A DNA stretch of 39,386 bases from Chiloscyllium plagiosum (taxonomy: Eukaryota), in NCBI RefSeq assembly GCF_004010195.1, contig NC_057758.1:3498750-3538135 (forward strand). Reading direction: 5' to 3'. Shown one piece after another: positions 1-12,979 of the stretch (position 1 is its first letter; each line of letters starts with the position of its first letter). The translations under genes and the position numbers were made by a program. The notes under the pieces were generated by a model that was given only the letters and a program-made list of their open reading frames with translations, made no database searches and was not told where the DNA came from.

Positions 1-2285
1 ACGCTCAATCACACTTACACAGACCTTCTCCCCCCCTCCCCACACACACACACTCATGTCCACACACATTTGCCGGGACCATCCTCCCACAAGCAAACTC
101 ACTTACACAGATCCTCGTATACGCGAATGCACACACATTTATGCATACATACACAAACTTGAACAGACTCTCTTCCACAAACTCACAGTCACACAGACTA
201 CCATACACACACACACTCACAGCCTCTGCCCACGCACGCACACACTAACACATACATACACACACTCACAGACCTTTTCCCACGAACTGACACTCACTCA
301 CATACACACACACACTTGCACGATTTGTCTCCCACACAAATATACTCGCTCACACTCACATATACTCACACAAGCTCCCACTGTCACATAAGATTACACA
401 GATCATCCACTCAAACACTTACACATACACACTCACACACATGCTCAGATCATTTCCCATACGCACTCAAAAACACGACACCCACTTACACAGTCCCTCC
501 TCCTACGATCACACTCACAAACACTGGCACACTTACACAGACCCACCCCTCCCCTCACCTCTCCACACAGACACAGGAACGCAGACTATCACAGATCCTC
601 CTCCCTCACTCATACATACTTGCACAGAGCCTCTTCTGCAACACTGACACACACTTACGGAGTCCCTACTCGCACACTCGCACATTCGCACATGCACACA
701 AACACATCTCCCATGAAGACACACATTTATACAAATCCTTCTCTAATACTCACCCTCTCACATACATGCACATGTTTTCTAACACACAGTCAATCACACT
801 TGCACAGACCTTCGTTCCACATTCGTACACCCATGATCACACAGTGACACACACTTACACGGATCCACTCCCCATACCCAATTCCCCCCCACACGAACTC
901 ACATAGACACTGTTACACACATTGACACAAATACTCACACACTCACGCGTGATCACTCAGGCCCTCTACATACGCCCACTAACTCACCCTCATACTTGCA
1001 CAGATCATGGGTCAATGTATTTGTGAGTATGTGTGAGTACATGCAAGCGTGTGGGTTAAGGTGCGATGTAAGTGAATATGTGGCATATGTGAGTGTGTTT
1101 GAGTGTGTGTATGTGGGAGAAGTGTGTAAGTGTGCATGTGTACACGTGAATATGCGTGTGGGAGACAGATAGTCTGTGTCTGTGCGTGTGAATGAGTGTA
1201 GGAGGAAGGTTTCTGTAAGTGTTTGTGAATGGGAGAGGAAGGTTTGCGCAAGTGTATATGTGTAAACAGGTGAGTGTGTGTATGGAGCCGGTGTCTGTGC
1301 AAGTGTATATGAGTGCTTCTGGATGGGTGGGATGCCAGTCTGTGTAAATCTGTTTGAGTGTGTGAGTGCGTGTGAACGTCAGTGTTTGGGAGAGGTTCTG
1401 TGTGAGTCTGTGTGAGTGTGAGGTTGTGGGAGGAAGTTCTCTGTAAGTATATATCGATACACTCTCACGCACTCACATTTATATTCGCACATTCTCATAC
1501 ACACATACCCATGTAGACTCTTACACAGAAAGTGCACACACGCACACACTCACGCACATATACATGTCCTCTCCCAAACACACTCACATAATCTAAGGCA
1601 GACCCGCCTTCCTCCCTTGCATCCACACTCACTGCCACTTATACAGACCCTCTCTCTCGCTCACACACAATCACAAAGACACACACAGAAACACTCACAC
1701 CCTAACGCACACCTGCACAGGCCGTCCACCAACGCACTGACATTCACGAACAGTCACATGACTTTGCACAGACGTAGAATCCCTAACCCCCACACGCACT
1801 CTCACAAACTCACTTATGCAAATGCACACCTCACACAGTCATTCTGACACAGAATCTCCATCTACATTTAGATACTCGCACTCACACATCTGTACATGCC
1901 CTCTCTCCCACACACACACTCACCGAGATTCAAACACATTTAGGCAGAACCTCCTCCTGCACTCACACAAATACTTACATTGACTCACGCCCACACACAA
2001 ATTCACACGCACGTACACAGATTAACTTCCACAAACACGCACACGCACCCACTCACTCACATTTAGATAGACCTTCTCCCCTACACACTCACAAACACTT
2101 AGTCAAACACTCTTTGATGCACTCACATGTACTTACAGAGACCTTTCTCCCACTTACTCACACTCACGCACACTTTCACAGAACCACTCCCACATACTGG
2201 CACTCACACGCACTCACACACACTCACACACTCACATTGACTTACACAGACCCTCATCCTTCACACTCAACTACACTAACATACG

Positions 2286-2432
2286 AGGTAAAAACAATGA
2301 CTGCAGATGCTGGAAACCAGATTCTGGATCAGTGGTGCTGGAAGAGCACAGCAATTCAGGCAGCATCCGAGGACAGGCAAAATCGACGTTTCGGGCAAAA
2401 GCCCTTCATCAGGAATAAAAGGAATAAAGGAA
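2286..2432 (+). mobile_element. Short Penelope-like element terminal fragment with 13-bp target-site duplication
   Basis: 2286-2419 matches 38951-39084 base for base by eye; flanked by TACACTAACATAC at 2272-2284 and 2433-2445; family name from recall of shark repeats. Confidence 0.75.
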
Positions 2433-2735
2433 TACACTAACATACATTTGCACGACCTCGTCCCATACACACACGCTCTCATGTACACACGCACACTCAC
2501 ATATACCTTACTCCTACATTCACACACAGATACACAGACTTTCCTCCCAAACTCACACTAAACACACCTACACAGACCCTCTTCGCCCCCCATACAAAAA
2601 CACACACTCATATGTACTCAGGCGCATTTATATAGACTTTCTCCCACATACACTCAAACACACTCACATGTACCACATATTCACTTACATCGAACTTTAA
2701 CCCACACATTTACAAAAGCTCACACAAACTCACAA

Positions 2736-2957
2736 NNNNNNNNNNNNNNNNNNNNNNNNNNNNNNNNNNNNNNNNNNNNNNNNNNNNNNNNNNNNNNNNN
2801 NNNNNNNNNNNNNNNNNNNNNNNNNNNNNNNNNNNNNNNNNNNNNNNNNNNNNNNNNNNNNNNNNNNNNNNNNNNNNNNNNNNNNNNNNNNNNNNNNNNN
2901 NNNNNNNNNNNNNNNNNNNNNNNNNNNNNNNNNNNNNNNNNNNNNNNNNNNNNNNNN
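2736..2957. other. Assembly gap (N run)
   Basis: 222 consecutive N. Confidence 1.
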
Positions 2958-3325
2958 CCACTCCCAAACACACATACACACACCAACACCGACCATTCTC
3001 CCATCCTGCACTCACCATTCTTACACAAAACGTCGCCTTCACACACATACTCGCCTATGCACACATATTCAAACTCACACACTTCCCACACACTCACACT
3101 CACACTCATGCACACTCAGATATACGCACAAATTCGCAAACACAGAAAAATCCTCCCATTCTCACACTCAGACAATTACACAAACTCTTTCCCACACACT
3201 CACATTCAAACACACTCACATGTACACACTTACTCACACCGGCGTCTTACAGACACTCTCTCACACACATGCATAGACTCTCCCCCCACACTTACAGTCA
3301 CATACACTTATACAGACGTTCTCCA

Positions 3326-3360
<35 letters not shown>

Positions 3361-6300
3361 ACACACACAACACACACACACACACACACACATATTAAGG
3401 CAGAACCTCATCCCTTGCTCACAGACACACTCATGCTCAGTGACATAGACTATTCTTCTACACATACACTCACACTCGCACACACTTATATGGACATGCT
3501 TCTTCTCATGCACACAGACATGCACACATGCACAGAACGTCTTCCACACACACTCTCACGCACTCACATACAGAGAAGCATTCACATACACCTACATTGA
3601 CCTGCCTCCGACACACACAGTCATGCACACTTACACAGAACCTCTCTCCCACACACAGTAACATGCACTTAGACAGACCCTCCTCCCACACACTCACACT
3701 CACACAAACTGAAACAGACACAAACACACAGGCACACGCGCACACCAGCACACATAGACACACACATGAACAAACACACATTGCACATATAAACACACAT
3801 ACACACATATACTCTCTCATACTCACTCTTACACATATAAGCACACAAAGAGACACACACACACTCAGAGACGCATGCATGAACTGTCTCACACACAATC
3901 ACAAACATACGTACAAATACACACACACTGTCTCTCGCACACATACATATGCACACATATGCACACACCCAAACGCATACACAGGGACATACACACACAG
4001 TCACACACGCCTACCCAGAATTTCTTCCCGAAGCAACAGCAAACACTTACCAAAACACTCTCTCTCACACACACACAAGCTCACAAACACTCACACATAC
4101 TTACAAAGAGCCTCTTCGCACACACTCATACTCTCAGAGACTCGTATATACACAATACTCACATACAGTGATACAGACCCTCCTCCCACGCACAGACACT
4201 CACGCGTACGTGCACAGATGCTCTCCACAAACGACCGTTGATGAACACTCGCATATGCACATATTCATATACACTTAAACAGTCCCTCCTCTGACACACA
4301 TGCTCAAATACAGTTACACAGACCCTTCTCCCACACACATCACACTCGCACACGCTCATATATACACATACACTCACACACACTGACAAAGACCCTCCTC
4401 ACTCGCACTCACACTCACACACGCTTGCACAGCTGCTCTCCCACACACTCACATATACTCATATATAGCACACTCACACACTTGCACTGATGCTCTCCCG
4501 CACACTCACACATACACCGCCAAACACTTATACAGACCCTCTTCCCCGCATTCACATACACGCACGTTTACACAAAATCTCATCCATACATTCACATTCA
4601 TACCAACTTGCATATAATTAAACATTTACATACACTTACACAGACACTCCTCCCACATACTCACACTGACATATACTCACATATACTCACACACACTCAC
4701 GCAGACCGTCCTCCAACACACACACCCGCATACACACTTACACAGACTCTGTCCCACACACAATCACACACACTGACACAGACCCTCCTCCCACAGACTC
4801 AAACTCATACACACTCACATATACACACTTTCACACACACTGACATAGGTCCAGTACAACAGACACACACAAAATCACACACACTGACAGACAGCCTCTT
4901 CCCAAAGACTCATAGTCGCATGTGCTCACATTTACACACACACTCACACAGCCCCTCCATCCACAGGCTCACACTCTTACACAGACCTACCTCCCACAGG
5001 CTCACACTCACAAACACTGACACACAGACCTTCTTCCTATGCACTCACATACATTTACACAGAGCTTCTTCGTATGCACTCGCAAAGACGCACACACTGA
5101 CGGTCTTACATACTTACACAGACACTCTTTCACACACTCACTGATAAAAGCTTATGGAGTCCCTCTCGCTCACACACAAAACACACGCACACACACACAC
5201 ACAAACTCACATGCGCATGCACTCTCACGCATACTTCTCCAGACCCTCCTCCCATACACGCACACATTTGAATACACTCTCACTCATTCTGACTTATGCA
5301 CTCCCATTCTTATACCCATGCACACACATGCACAAGCACTTATAGACACAGGTACGCTCTCTTTCCCACACACACTCACAAACACACACGTGCACACATA
5401 CACACGCACTCTCACACACACTCACGCATATACACACATACACAGACTCTCCAACACAGACATGCACGCATACATGCACACACACATATGCATGCACACA
5501 GACACACACGGATGCATGCACATACACACATTCTCTCAAACTCTCTCTCTGTCTCTCACGCACAGTCTCTCTATCTCTCTAATGCAATCTGGCTGTCTCA
5601 CAAGCACAGTCTCTCTCTCTCTCTCTAACACTGACTCTCACAAACAATCTCTCTGTCTCTTTGACACAGTCTCTCTCTCTTACACGCACTGACTCTGACA
5701 CACATTCTCTCTGTCTGTCATATACAGTCTCTCTCTTTCATGCACAGTATGTTTCATACACAGTCTCTCTCTGTCTCTCACACACAGTCTGCCTCACGCC
5801 CAGTCTCTGCCTTTTATACACAATTTGTCTGCCTCTCTGACACAATCTCTCTGTCTCTCTCTCACACAGAAAGTCTTTCTCATACACAGTATCTCTCGCA
5901 CACAGTCTCTCTCTCACACACACAGTCCCTCTGTCTCTCTAACATCGTCTGTCTGTCTCATACACACACTATCTCTCATAAACAGTCTCTCTATCACTCT
6001 TTGTCTGTCTCTGCCTCTCACACATAAAGACTCTCTGTCTCTCACACCGTCTTTCTTCGTCACACACGCAAACACACAGTTTCCCTGTCTCACTGACACT
6101 GACTCTCACAGATGGTCTGTCTGCCTCTATAAAACAGATTCTGTGTCTCACAGGCAATGAATCTCACACACAGTCTATCTGCCCCTCTAACACAGTCTCT
6201 GTGTCTCACACATACTATTTATATCTCAAACACACAGTCCCCCTCTCTCACATGCACAGTCTCTGTATCTTGCACACAGCCTCTCTTTCACACACACACA

Positions 6301-6676
6301 AACACACGTATGCACACGTGTACACAAACACACATACACAAACACACACATTCTCTCTCACACACACAGTCTGCCTGTCTCACACACAGAGTCACACTCT
6401 CTCACAAACACACAGCCTGTCTTGTCTCTCTGCCCCTCTAACACAATCTCTCTGTCTCACATACACTGTCTGTCTCTCTGTCTCTCTAACACAACCTTTC
6501 TGTCTCACACACAACGCCAAGCTCTGTCTCTCTCGCTGTCTCTCTCTCTCTCTCAAATACACACACACAGTTTCTCTGTCTCTCTAACACAGTCTGTTTG
6601 TCTGTCGCACACACACTGTCCACCACACACAATCTCTCTGTCACTCGAACACATTCTTTCTGTCTCACACACTGAC

Positions 6677-6880
6677 AGTAGCACGATTGCTCAGTGGTTA
6701 GAGCTGGTGCCTCACAATGGCAAAGGCCTGGGTTTGACCACAGCCTTGGGTGATTTTCTGCATGGAGTTTGCACATTCTCCCCGTTTCTGCATGGGTGTC
6801 CTCTGGTTGTTCTTGTTTCCTCTCACACTCCAAAGATGTGCAGATCAGGTACATTAGCCATGCTAACTGGCCCAAAGTAT
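6677..6880 (+). mobile_element. HE1-type tRNA-derived SINE (diverged)
   Basis: tRNA-like head GCTCAGTGGTTAG followed by core TGGAGTTTGCACATTCTCCCCG...CCAAAGATGTGCAG. Confidence 0.85.
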
Positions 6881-7081
6881 TAGGTGCTTTCATCATAGAG
6901 AAATTGGTCTGGGTGAGTTTCTCTCTCGCGTACACTTTCACTATCTCTCTCACAGTCTCTCGGTCTCATACACACTGACTCTGACTCACAGCCTCACTAT
7001 CTCACACGCTGTCTGCCAGTTTCTCTAACACAGTCTCTATCTTTCTCTTTGACACACACAGACACGCACATGGTGCCTCAG

Positions 7082-7150
<69 letters not shown>

Positions 7151-7244
7151 GGCACAGAGAAATCCTTGACATCCAATGGAATTCCCATTGCTGATTCCGA
7201 CACAAGGAAACCCCTGGGGGGTAATCATTCACCAGAAAGGAACT

Positions 7245-7370
7245 GGAACAGCTACACCAATCCTATCGCTACAAGAGCAGGCCCGATGTTTGGGGTAACT
7301 CCTGCCAATTGATTTCGTCCATATTCTAACACTCGAGGGCACTGATGGGAGTGGAGTTGGAGAACTGTAC
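7245..7370 (-). pseudogene. Possible highly degenerate beta-defensin-like exon 2
   Basis: Pyrimidine-rich AG acceptor, then ALEC*NMDEI... and a C-x5-CS(AGC) remnant in other frames; weak. Confidence 0.25.
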
Positions 7371-7500
7371 CTCGTAAAAGAAAATACTTTTTTTTTCAGG
7401 ATTTGCTATATTTACGAATTTTCAATTGTCTGAATAAAGCTCTGGGATATTTTGGGACTGTGACCGATGCCAAAATTTCTTTTCATCCATATTAATGCCG

Positions 7501-7664
7501 TCATCTCCTCTTCACAGGAGGCTCCCAAGCACTCGGGATGTCACCTATACAGGGGATGAAACGTCTGCAACACAAATTCCCAGCTCGGCGAACAGAACCA
7601 CAACAACGAGCATCCGAGCTACAAATCTTCTCACAAACTTTGAGTAAATAAGGGGGAATTATTT
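7501..7664 (-). CDS. Beta-defensin-like exon 2 with open frame and altered cysteines (may be a pseudogene)
   Basis: Phase-1 AG; IIPPYLLKVCEKICSSDARCCGSVRRAGNLCCRRFIPC...*; aligns to the 32.5-kb peptide (IPP start, x10 and x5-CC spacing) with C1->Y (TAT) and C4->R (CGC); no leader found. Confidence 0.55.
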
Positions 7665-7794
7665 CTTTCAGAGGATTGTCAGCCTTTTGAACGCCAGACC
7701 GCGGTGTTGGGGGATGTGGTCCAGAGTCCTTATATTTCAGACTGACAGAGTTCGAAACTTGATCAATCGCCGCAATAGAGAGATATAGAGAGAT

Positions 7795-8529
7795 AGAAAG
7801 ATGGGGTACTGGGCTAATGGTCGGATACTTGGTAGTGTGGATGAGCAGAGGGATCTTGGTGTCCATGTACACAGATCTTTGAAAGTTGCCACCCAGGTAA
7901 ATAGTGCGGTGAAGAAGGCATATGGCGTACTGGCTTTTATTGTTAGAGGAATTGAGTTCCGGAGTCCTGAGATCATGTTGCAGTTGTATCAGACTCTGGT
8001 GCGGCCGCACCTGGAGTATTGTGTGCAGTTTTGGTCGCCATACTATAGGAAGGATGTGGAGGCACTGGAACGGGTGCCGAGGCGGTTTACCAGGAAGTTG
8101 CCTGGTATGGTAGGAAGATCGTATGAGGAATGGCTGAGGCACTTGGGGTTGTTTTCATTGGAGAAAAGAAGGTTTAGGGGTGACTCGATAGAGGTGTACA
8201 AGATGATTAGGGGTTTAGATAGGGTTGACCGTGAGAACCTTTTTCCACATATGGAGTCAGCTATTACGAGGGGTCATAGCTTTCAATTAAGGGGTGGTAG
8301 GTATAGGACAGATGTTAGGGGTAGGTTCTTTACTCAGCGAGTCATGAGTTCATGGAATGCACTGCCAGTAGCAGTGGTGGACTCTCCCTCTTTATGGGCA
8401 TTTAAGCGGGCATTGGATAGGCATATGGAGGACAGTGGGCTAGTGTAGGTTAGGTGGGCTTGGATCAGCGCAACATCGAGGGCCAAAGTGCCTGTACTGC
8501 GCTGTATTCTTCTATGTTCTATGTTCTAT
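7795..8529 (+). mobile_element. Young 5'-truncated CR1 LINE (ORF2 C-terminus, 3' UTR, (TTCTATG)n tail)
   Basis: ORF 7801-8448 carries RDLGV, LVRPHLEYCVQFWSP, LGLFSLEKRR, TRGH and FFTQRV..WNALP motifs. Confidence 0.95.
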
Positions 8530-8769
8530 ATCGAGGGGAGGGAAAGTGGATGCGCGGAACTGTTGGACCAGAGATATTCCTACTTCAAGGAGGAAAAGGA
8601 TGGAGGGGGCTGTAAGGTCGAATGATGTGGCTATTTCTTACAGACTTACGGTATCCACATTCTCTCCTACTGTTTGTCTGCGCCTCCTCCTCTTTTTTGT
8701 CTCTCCCTCTGTCTCCATACCTTAACCAGCCGTCTGGATTCTTAAATATTTCTATCTTTGAGCCGTGGT

Positions 8770-8897
8770 AGAGTAGTAAGACATTCCCCTCAGAACCGGA
8801 ACTCCCTTATTCCCGTACTCCAGCTAGTCTGAACCACGTCAGCGCAATTGTCAGGAATGAGCCGTACACGGTTGTGATCCAGCAGGTCGCAGTCTTT
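8770..8897 (-). pseudogene. Degenerate beta-defensin-like exon 2
   Basis: cag| KDC-DLLDHN-R(CGT)-VRLIPDN-C...F(TTC)..*, then TAC TAC where CC is expected. Confidence 0.35.
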
Positions 8898-8944
8898 CTG
8901 TGCGAGCGCACAAATACAGAGTGAGCATTTGCCATCCAGGTTTC

Positions 8945-9810
8945 AATCAGTCAATTGGAGAGGACAGTGATGCAGATTGATAGGAAAGAGAATGCACAGG
9001 TCAAGACGGCATTATTGAGTTGGAAGATTGGATCTGGGAGTGTGTGGGGTGAAGTGAAACGGGGGAAACCGCTGAAATCCACATTGATCCCGTGAGAATG
9101 GTGGCACCCGAGACGGAAGATGAGGCATTCTTCTTCCAAAGGTTGGGTGGTTAGGGAGTGGCGATGAAGTATGCTCATGATCTGCAAGTCCTTGGTGGAG
9201 TGGGAGGACGAGTTGAAGTGTTAGACCATGGTGCGGCGGGATTGGTTGGTGTTGGCGCCGGCGACGTATTACTTGAAGTGCTCCACAAGTTGGTGTCCAG
9301 TCTCAAATAATCCTGCCACATCTGACAGAGATTTATCTGTAAGCGGACCACTTCAACTCCCCATCCCACTTCACTAAAGACGTGCAGGTCTTGGGCCTCA
9401 TCTATCGCTAAACTCAAATCATCCGAAGCCTGGAGGTGGAAGGCCTCCTTTTCTGTCTTTGAACCCTCCAACGCCACGAGATCAATGGGGATTTCACGAA
9501 TTTCCTGATTTACGCTCTCTTCCACCTTATCCCAAATCTAACTCGGCACTGCCCTGTCCTATCTAATTATCGTCTATCTATTTATCTACTCCACGCTCCT
9601 CTCCAACCTTTCACCTTCCCACTACCTTCATCTTCTAATTCTTCCTAGCTACCTTTCCCTCAGCGTCACCAACCTCCTGTTTCACTCTTAACCCCCATGT
9701 CCCTGATGAAGGGCGTTTGCCCGAAACGTCGATTCTGCTGCTCCTCCGTAGCTGCCTGACCTTACTCTCAACTCTGATCTCCAACATCTGCAGTTTCATC
9801 TTCTCCCGCA
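8945..9810. mobile_element. Rearranged, diverged Penelope-like fragments in both orientations
   Basis: GAAATCCACATTGAT...GAAGATGAGGCATTCTTC resembles 39325-39386; 9700-9805 is a reverse copy of the 2286/38951 terminus. Confidence 0.7.
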
Positions 9811-9849
9811 GCTTTCAGACCTCAATTCGGTATTGTGCAGGTTTTCAAC

Positions 9850-9997
9850 TTCAGCACATGGACCTCTGCAGTGCCAGAGGAGTGGTGATTGGTGCTGAGC
9901 ATTCATCGGTGAACGTCCACCTCTCCTGAACTTCGTAAGCAGCTGAAGATATTTGGGCCTCAGCTATCACTCTGAGAGTCTTCTGCTAATGATGCTC
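9850..9997 (-). pseudogene. Degenerate beta-defensin-like exon 2
   Basis: tttgcag| phase 1 GASLAEDSQSDS*GPNIFSC-LRSSGE-V-DVHR-*(TGA)...; frameshifted C-RGP..TGC TGA end. Confidence 0.4.
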
Positions 9998-9999
9998 CT

Positions 10000-10720
10000 G
10001 CAAACGGCACACTTGGCCATCAGAGTGAGAGATCTCAAGTCCAGGATGTGGAAGGTCTGTTTCAATTGGACAGGTCGGACCATATCTGGAGCACTGAGTG
10101 CAGTTTTGGTCTCCTTCCCTGGCAGAGAGACGCCCTGGCTACGGAGTTTAACAAACTGGTTATAGGGTTGGCCAGACTCGTGAGGGATGGCCGAATGTGT
10201 AGTGCCGAGCTTTCCCCCCTCAACGTTAGAGGAATGTAGGGGCGGAAGAAACTGACAAAACTCCACGACATCCCGCTTGCCCTGGGTAGCTGCTGTTCCA
10301 CCACATGAAGGAAACCTGAAGCCAAGCAGGGACGGAGCAGCACCCTCCCTGCTGGATTGGCATCAAAACCCCCCACTGCTCCCTCTCCAACCAACGCTCA
10401 GTAGCAGCAGTATGTAACGATCTCAAGGCGCAGTGCAGAAACTCACCCTGTTCTAGCATCTCGCTAACACATGGCCACTTTCGTCTCGAAAGATGCGCTG
10501 TGTGGGAACCTGAAACCCTCTCCTTAAGATCCCCTTCTGAGACCCTCACCGTACCAATGTGAGAATATTTTGGACGTCCCTACAGTGTGGCTGGGTCAGA
10601 ATACTAGGACTTGCACCCTGAGGGACATTTTGGGTCGACCGTCCAGCACATGGGCTGCAGCAGTTCACGGGGTGGGGGCGTCGTGGTTTGCGCACTAACT
10701 TCTGACCCAGCTAGCAGAGG
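10000..10720 (+). mobile_element. Old LINE remnants (CR1 ORF2 piece plus 3' end of a second LINE family)
   Basis: Decayed VRPHLEYCVQFWSP-coding DNA near 10075; 10340-10720 resembles 29770-30110. Confidence 0.7.
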
Positions 10721-10726
10721 CACCAC

Positions 10727-11302
10727 TGCCGTGAGAGAATAGAAGCGAAGTGTTCATGAAGGTGCTGGTGCAGTGGTTACTGAGGGAACCTTCTCCCCCA
10801 ACATACCCTCCATGGCAACTCACTGAAGGATAGTCCTTCCCTCGGCCTCACTGCGCTCTCCAGACTGGATCGGGATACAGCTTAGTTGTTGCACGTGTAC
10901 AGTGAGAAATGAACAAAACAGGAATCCTGATACTAATAGTATGGAAGTCACTCTCGCATTTATGTAGTTGACTTAGTGTAATAATGCATGTCCGGGGTCA
11001 TATTACATGGTTCCCGTAACAGATAGGTGCTGTGATAGGTTAAGTGCAATGTCGGGAAACAATGTGGCAGATGATGTTTAGTTTCGAAAGGCAGAGAATG
11101 CCAGTATGATTGGTTGCTCTAATGTTATCCAATAAGCGCGGGAACAACAACTGTATAAACTGCAGAGGAACAAAGAGTTTGTGGGTCGTCAGGGAAGACA
11201 TTTTTCTGTCTGCCACAGCTTTGATTTTGCAAGATTAATGTTCAACTTCGTTAAGCGTCTTGGCATTTTTTAAAAACAGAACACAGTGATTCTTCCACAA
11301 CA
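10727..11302 (+). mobile_element. Putative 5' LTR of an endogenous retrovirus/LTR element
   Basis: TG...CA ends with imperfect inverted repeats (TGCCGTGAGAGAAT vs ATTCTTCCACAACA, 10/14); CCAAT near 11129 and TATAAA near 11154; followed by a PBS. Confidence 0.6.
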
Positions 11303-11306
11303 AATT

Positions 11307-11324
11307 TGGTTCCCAAGCTGGGAC
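11307..11324 (+). promoter_or_regulatory. Primer-binding site, tRNA-Glu-like
   Basis: TGGTTCCCAAGCTGGGAC, 4 nt after the LTR CA end; about 14/18 match to the complement of a tRNA-Glu 3' end as recalled. Confidence 0.6.
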
Positions 11325-12764
11325 CAGGAAGAGAATGTTTCCTCTGAAAAGAGGCTTCAGCTGCAGGGCACTTCCAATTTGAACGTGAGGTCTCTTGCAA
11401 CAGACAGAAGATAACGTTTTGCCTCCCACAAAATAAAAAGTAAGCATTTAGCTGATAATTTGGACTATATTCAGTCAAGTCAGTGAGGTTCTCGGAAACA
11501 CAGAATTCCAAGGTAAGCCGCTGATAAGTCACTGATTCAAAGAACCATAAGGTGGATGGTTAATTAAAATTTGAGGAGACGCAGAGGATTGTTCAAGAAA
11601 ACAGGCAGGGGCGTGAATAAGTATAGAATATAAAAATTGAGACAAACGTCCACGTGGTGTATTTAAGATTCTGTGAATATCGCGCTATCTTTAACAAAAT
11701 AAAGAAAAACAAAGCAAAAAGATAACGAAATATGGGGACTACACGGACAGAAACAGGTAAGGATTATTTTATTGTTAGTATTAGTGATTTTGGATGAAAT
11801 TGAAAGCCCGAAAGATTGGTGGTTGATGGATAAATGGAAAATAGTAGAGGATAGTCATAGAGTTAAAGTGTTAGCAGACTGTTGAATGTTTAAGGCAAGG
11901 CCTATACGTAATTAGACTGTAATTTTAGAAATGAAAAAAAAAAAGGTTTGTTTTGTCAAGGCTCTGTGTCTGAGAGGGATAGAGAGAGAAAGAGAGGAGA
12001 GAAAGAGACAGAGGGAGAAAGAAACTCTGGCTCAGTGCTGATATTGTTGCTCTTTGCAGAAGTATTCTGTCTTTGTGTGTGAGTGTCTGTGTGTGTCAAT
12101 GTGTGTGTGGGTGTGACTGTGTGTGTGCCATTGTGGGAGAGCGAGAGAAGCATTGGCTTGCAGATAATTTTCGTGTGTGTCTGTGTGTGTGTGTGTGTGT
12201 CTGTGTCTGTGTCTATGTCTGTGTGTGAGAGAGGGAGAGATAGAGATAGAGATAGAGAGAGAGAGCAAAGCGCTGGCTTGCAGAAGGGCCTTGTGTATGT
12301 CTGTGTGCGCGAGAAAGAGCGAGAGGAAGAATCAGTGGCTTGCAGAAAAGTTTTGTGTCTGTATGAGAGAGAGAGAGAGTTTAACTATTTAATATGGTTT
12401 GTATGCACAATTGATTATTGGTTGTTAACTCCGCCTTTTCCCTGGAGCTCGAGATGCGGGAGTGCTTTGCTTTTATTTTGCACTGTAGGGAGTTAAGAGT
12501 GTTTTATTAGAGACGTTATTCAAGAAACTACTAGTGATTTAGTGCATTCTGCTGATGAAGTACTAGAGCAGCTTAGGCAGCACGAATGAGAATTGGTTGC
12601 TTTAATTAATTATTTGAAAGCAAGGAAGTTTAGTGACTGGTAGATTGGGAAGGAAAGATCGCAAGTTGTAGAGTTAGGGAATACTTATAATAAATGATGA
12701 GGCAGTATCCGACTTGTAAGGCATAAGGGAACATTGTGAGAACAGAGATAATAGATAAGCTGCA

Positions 12765-12823
<59 letters not shown>
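12765..12823. repeat. (TA)n(TG)n microsatellite
   Basis: Direct reading. Confidence 0.95.
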
Positions 12824-12979
12824 ATCTCAGCATAAATGCATGAATAAAGAGACTGCAATTGAAACACTGAGTAAGATATTTCAAGGAGCTTGAAATAATA
12901 TCGTTAAATTTTCTGAAAGATGGGAAAGAAGAACGAAGGATTTATTAACTAAATAGCCGAAGAGAGTACCTTTGACATA

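Larger units (their letters stand above)
1..7150. repeat. Long degenerate (CA)n / (CT)n-(CA)n low-complexity tract
   Basis: Continuous cryptic CA/CT simple sequence; all His/Thr-rich or Cys/Val-rich ORFs here are its translations. Confidence 0.95.

Noticed and set aside
1..7150. Dozens of His/Thr-rich and Cys/Val-rich ORFs up to 237 aa
   Set aside because: Translations of CA/TG/CT simple sequence, open in several frames on both strands
7501..8142. 213-aa minus-strand ORF as one protein
   Set aside because: N-terminal half is antisense CR1; only the 3' Cys-rich part is meaningful
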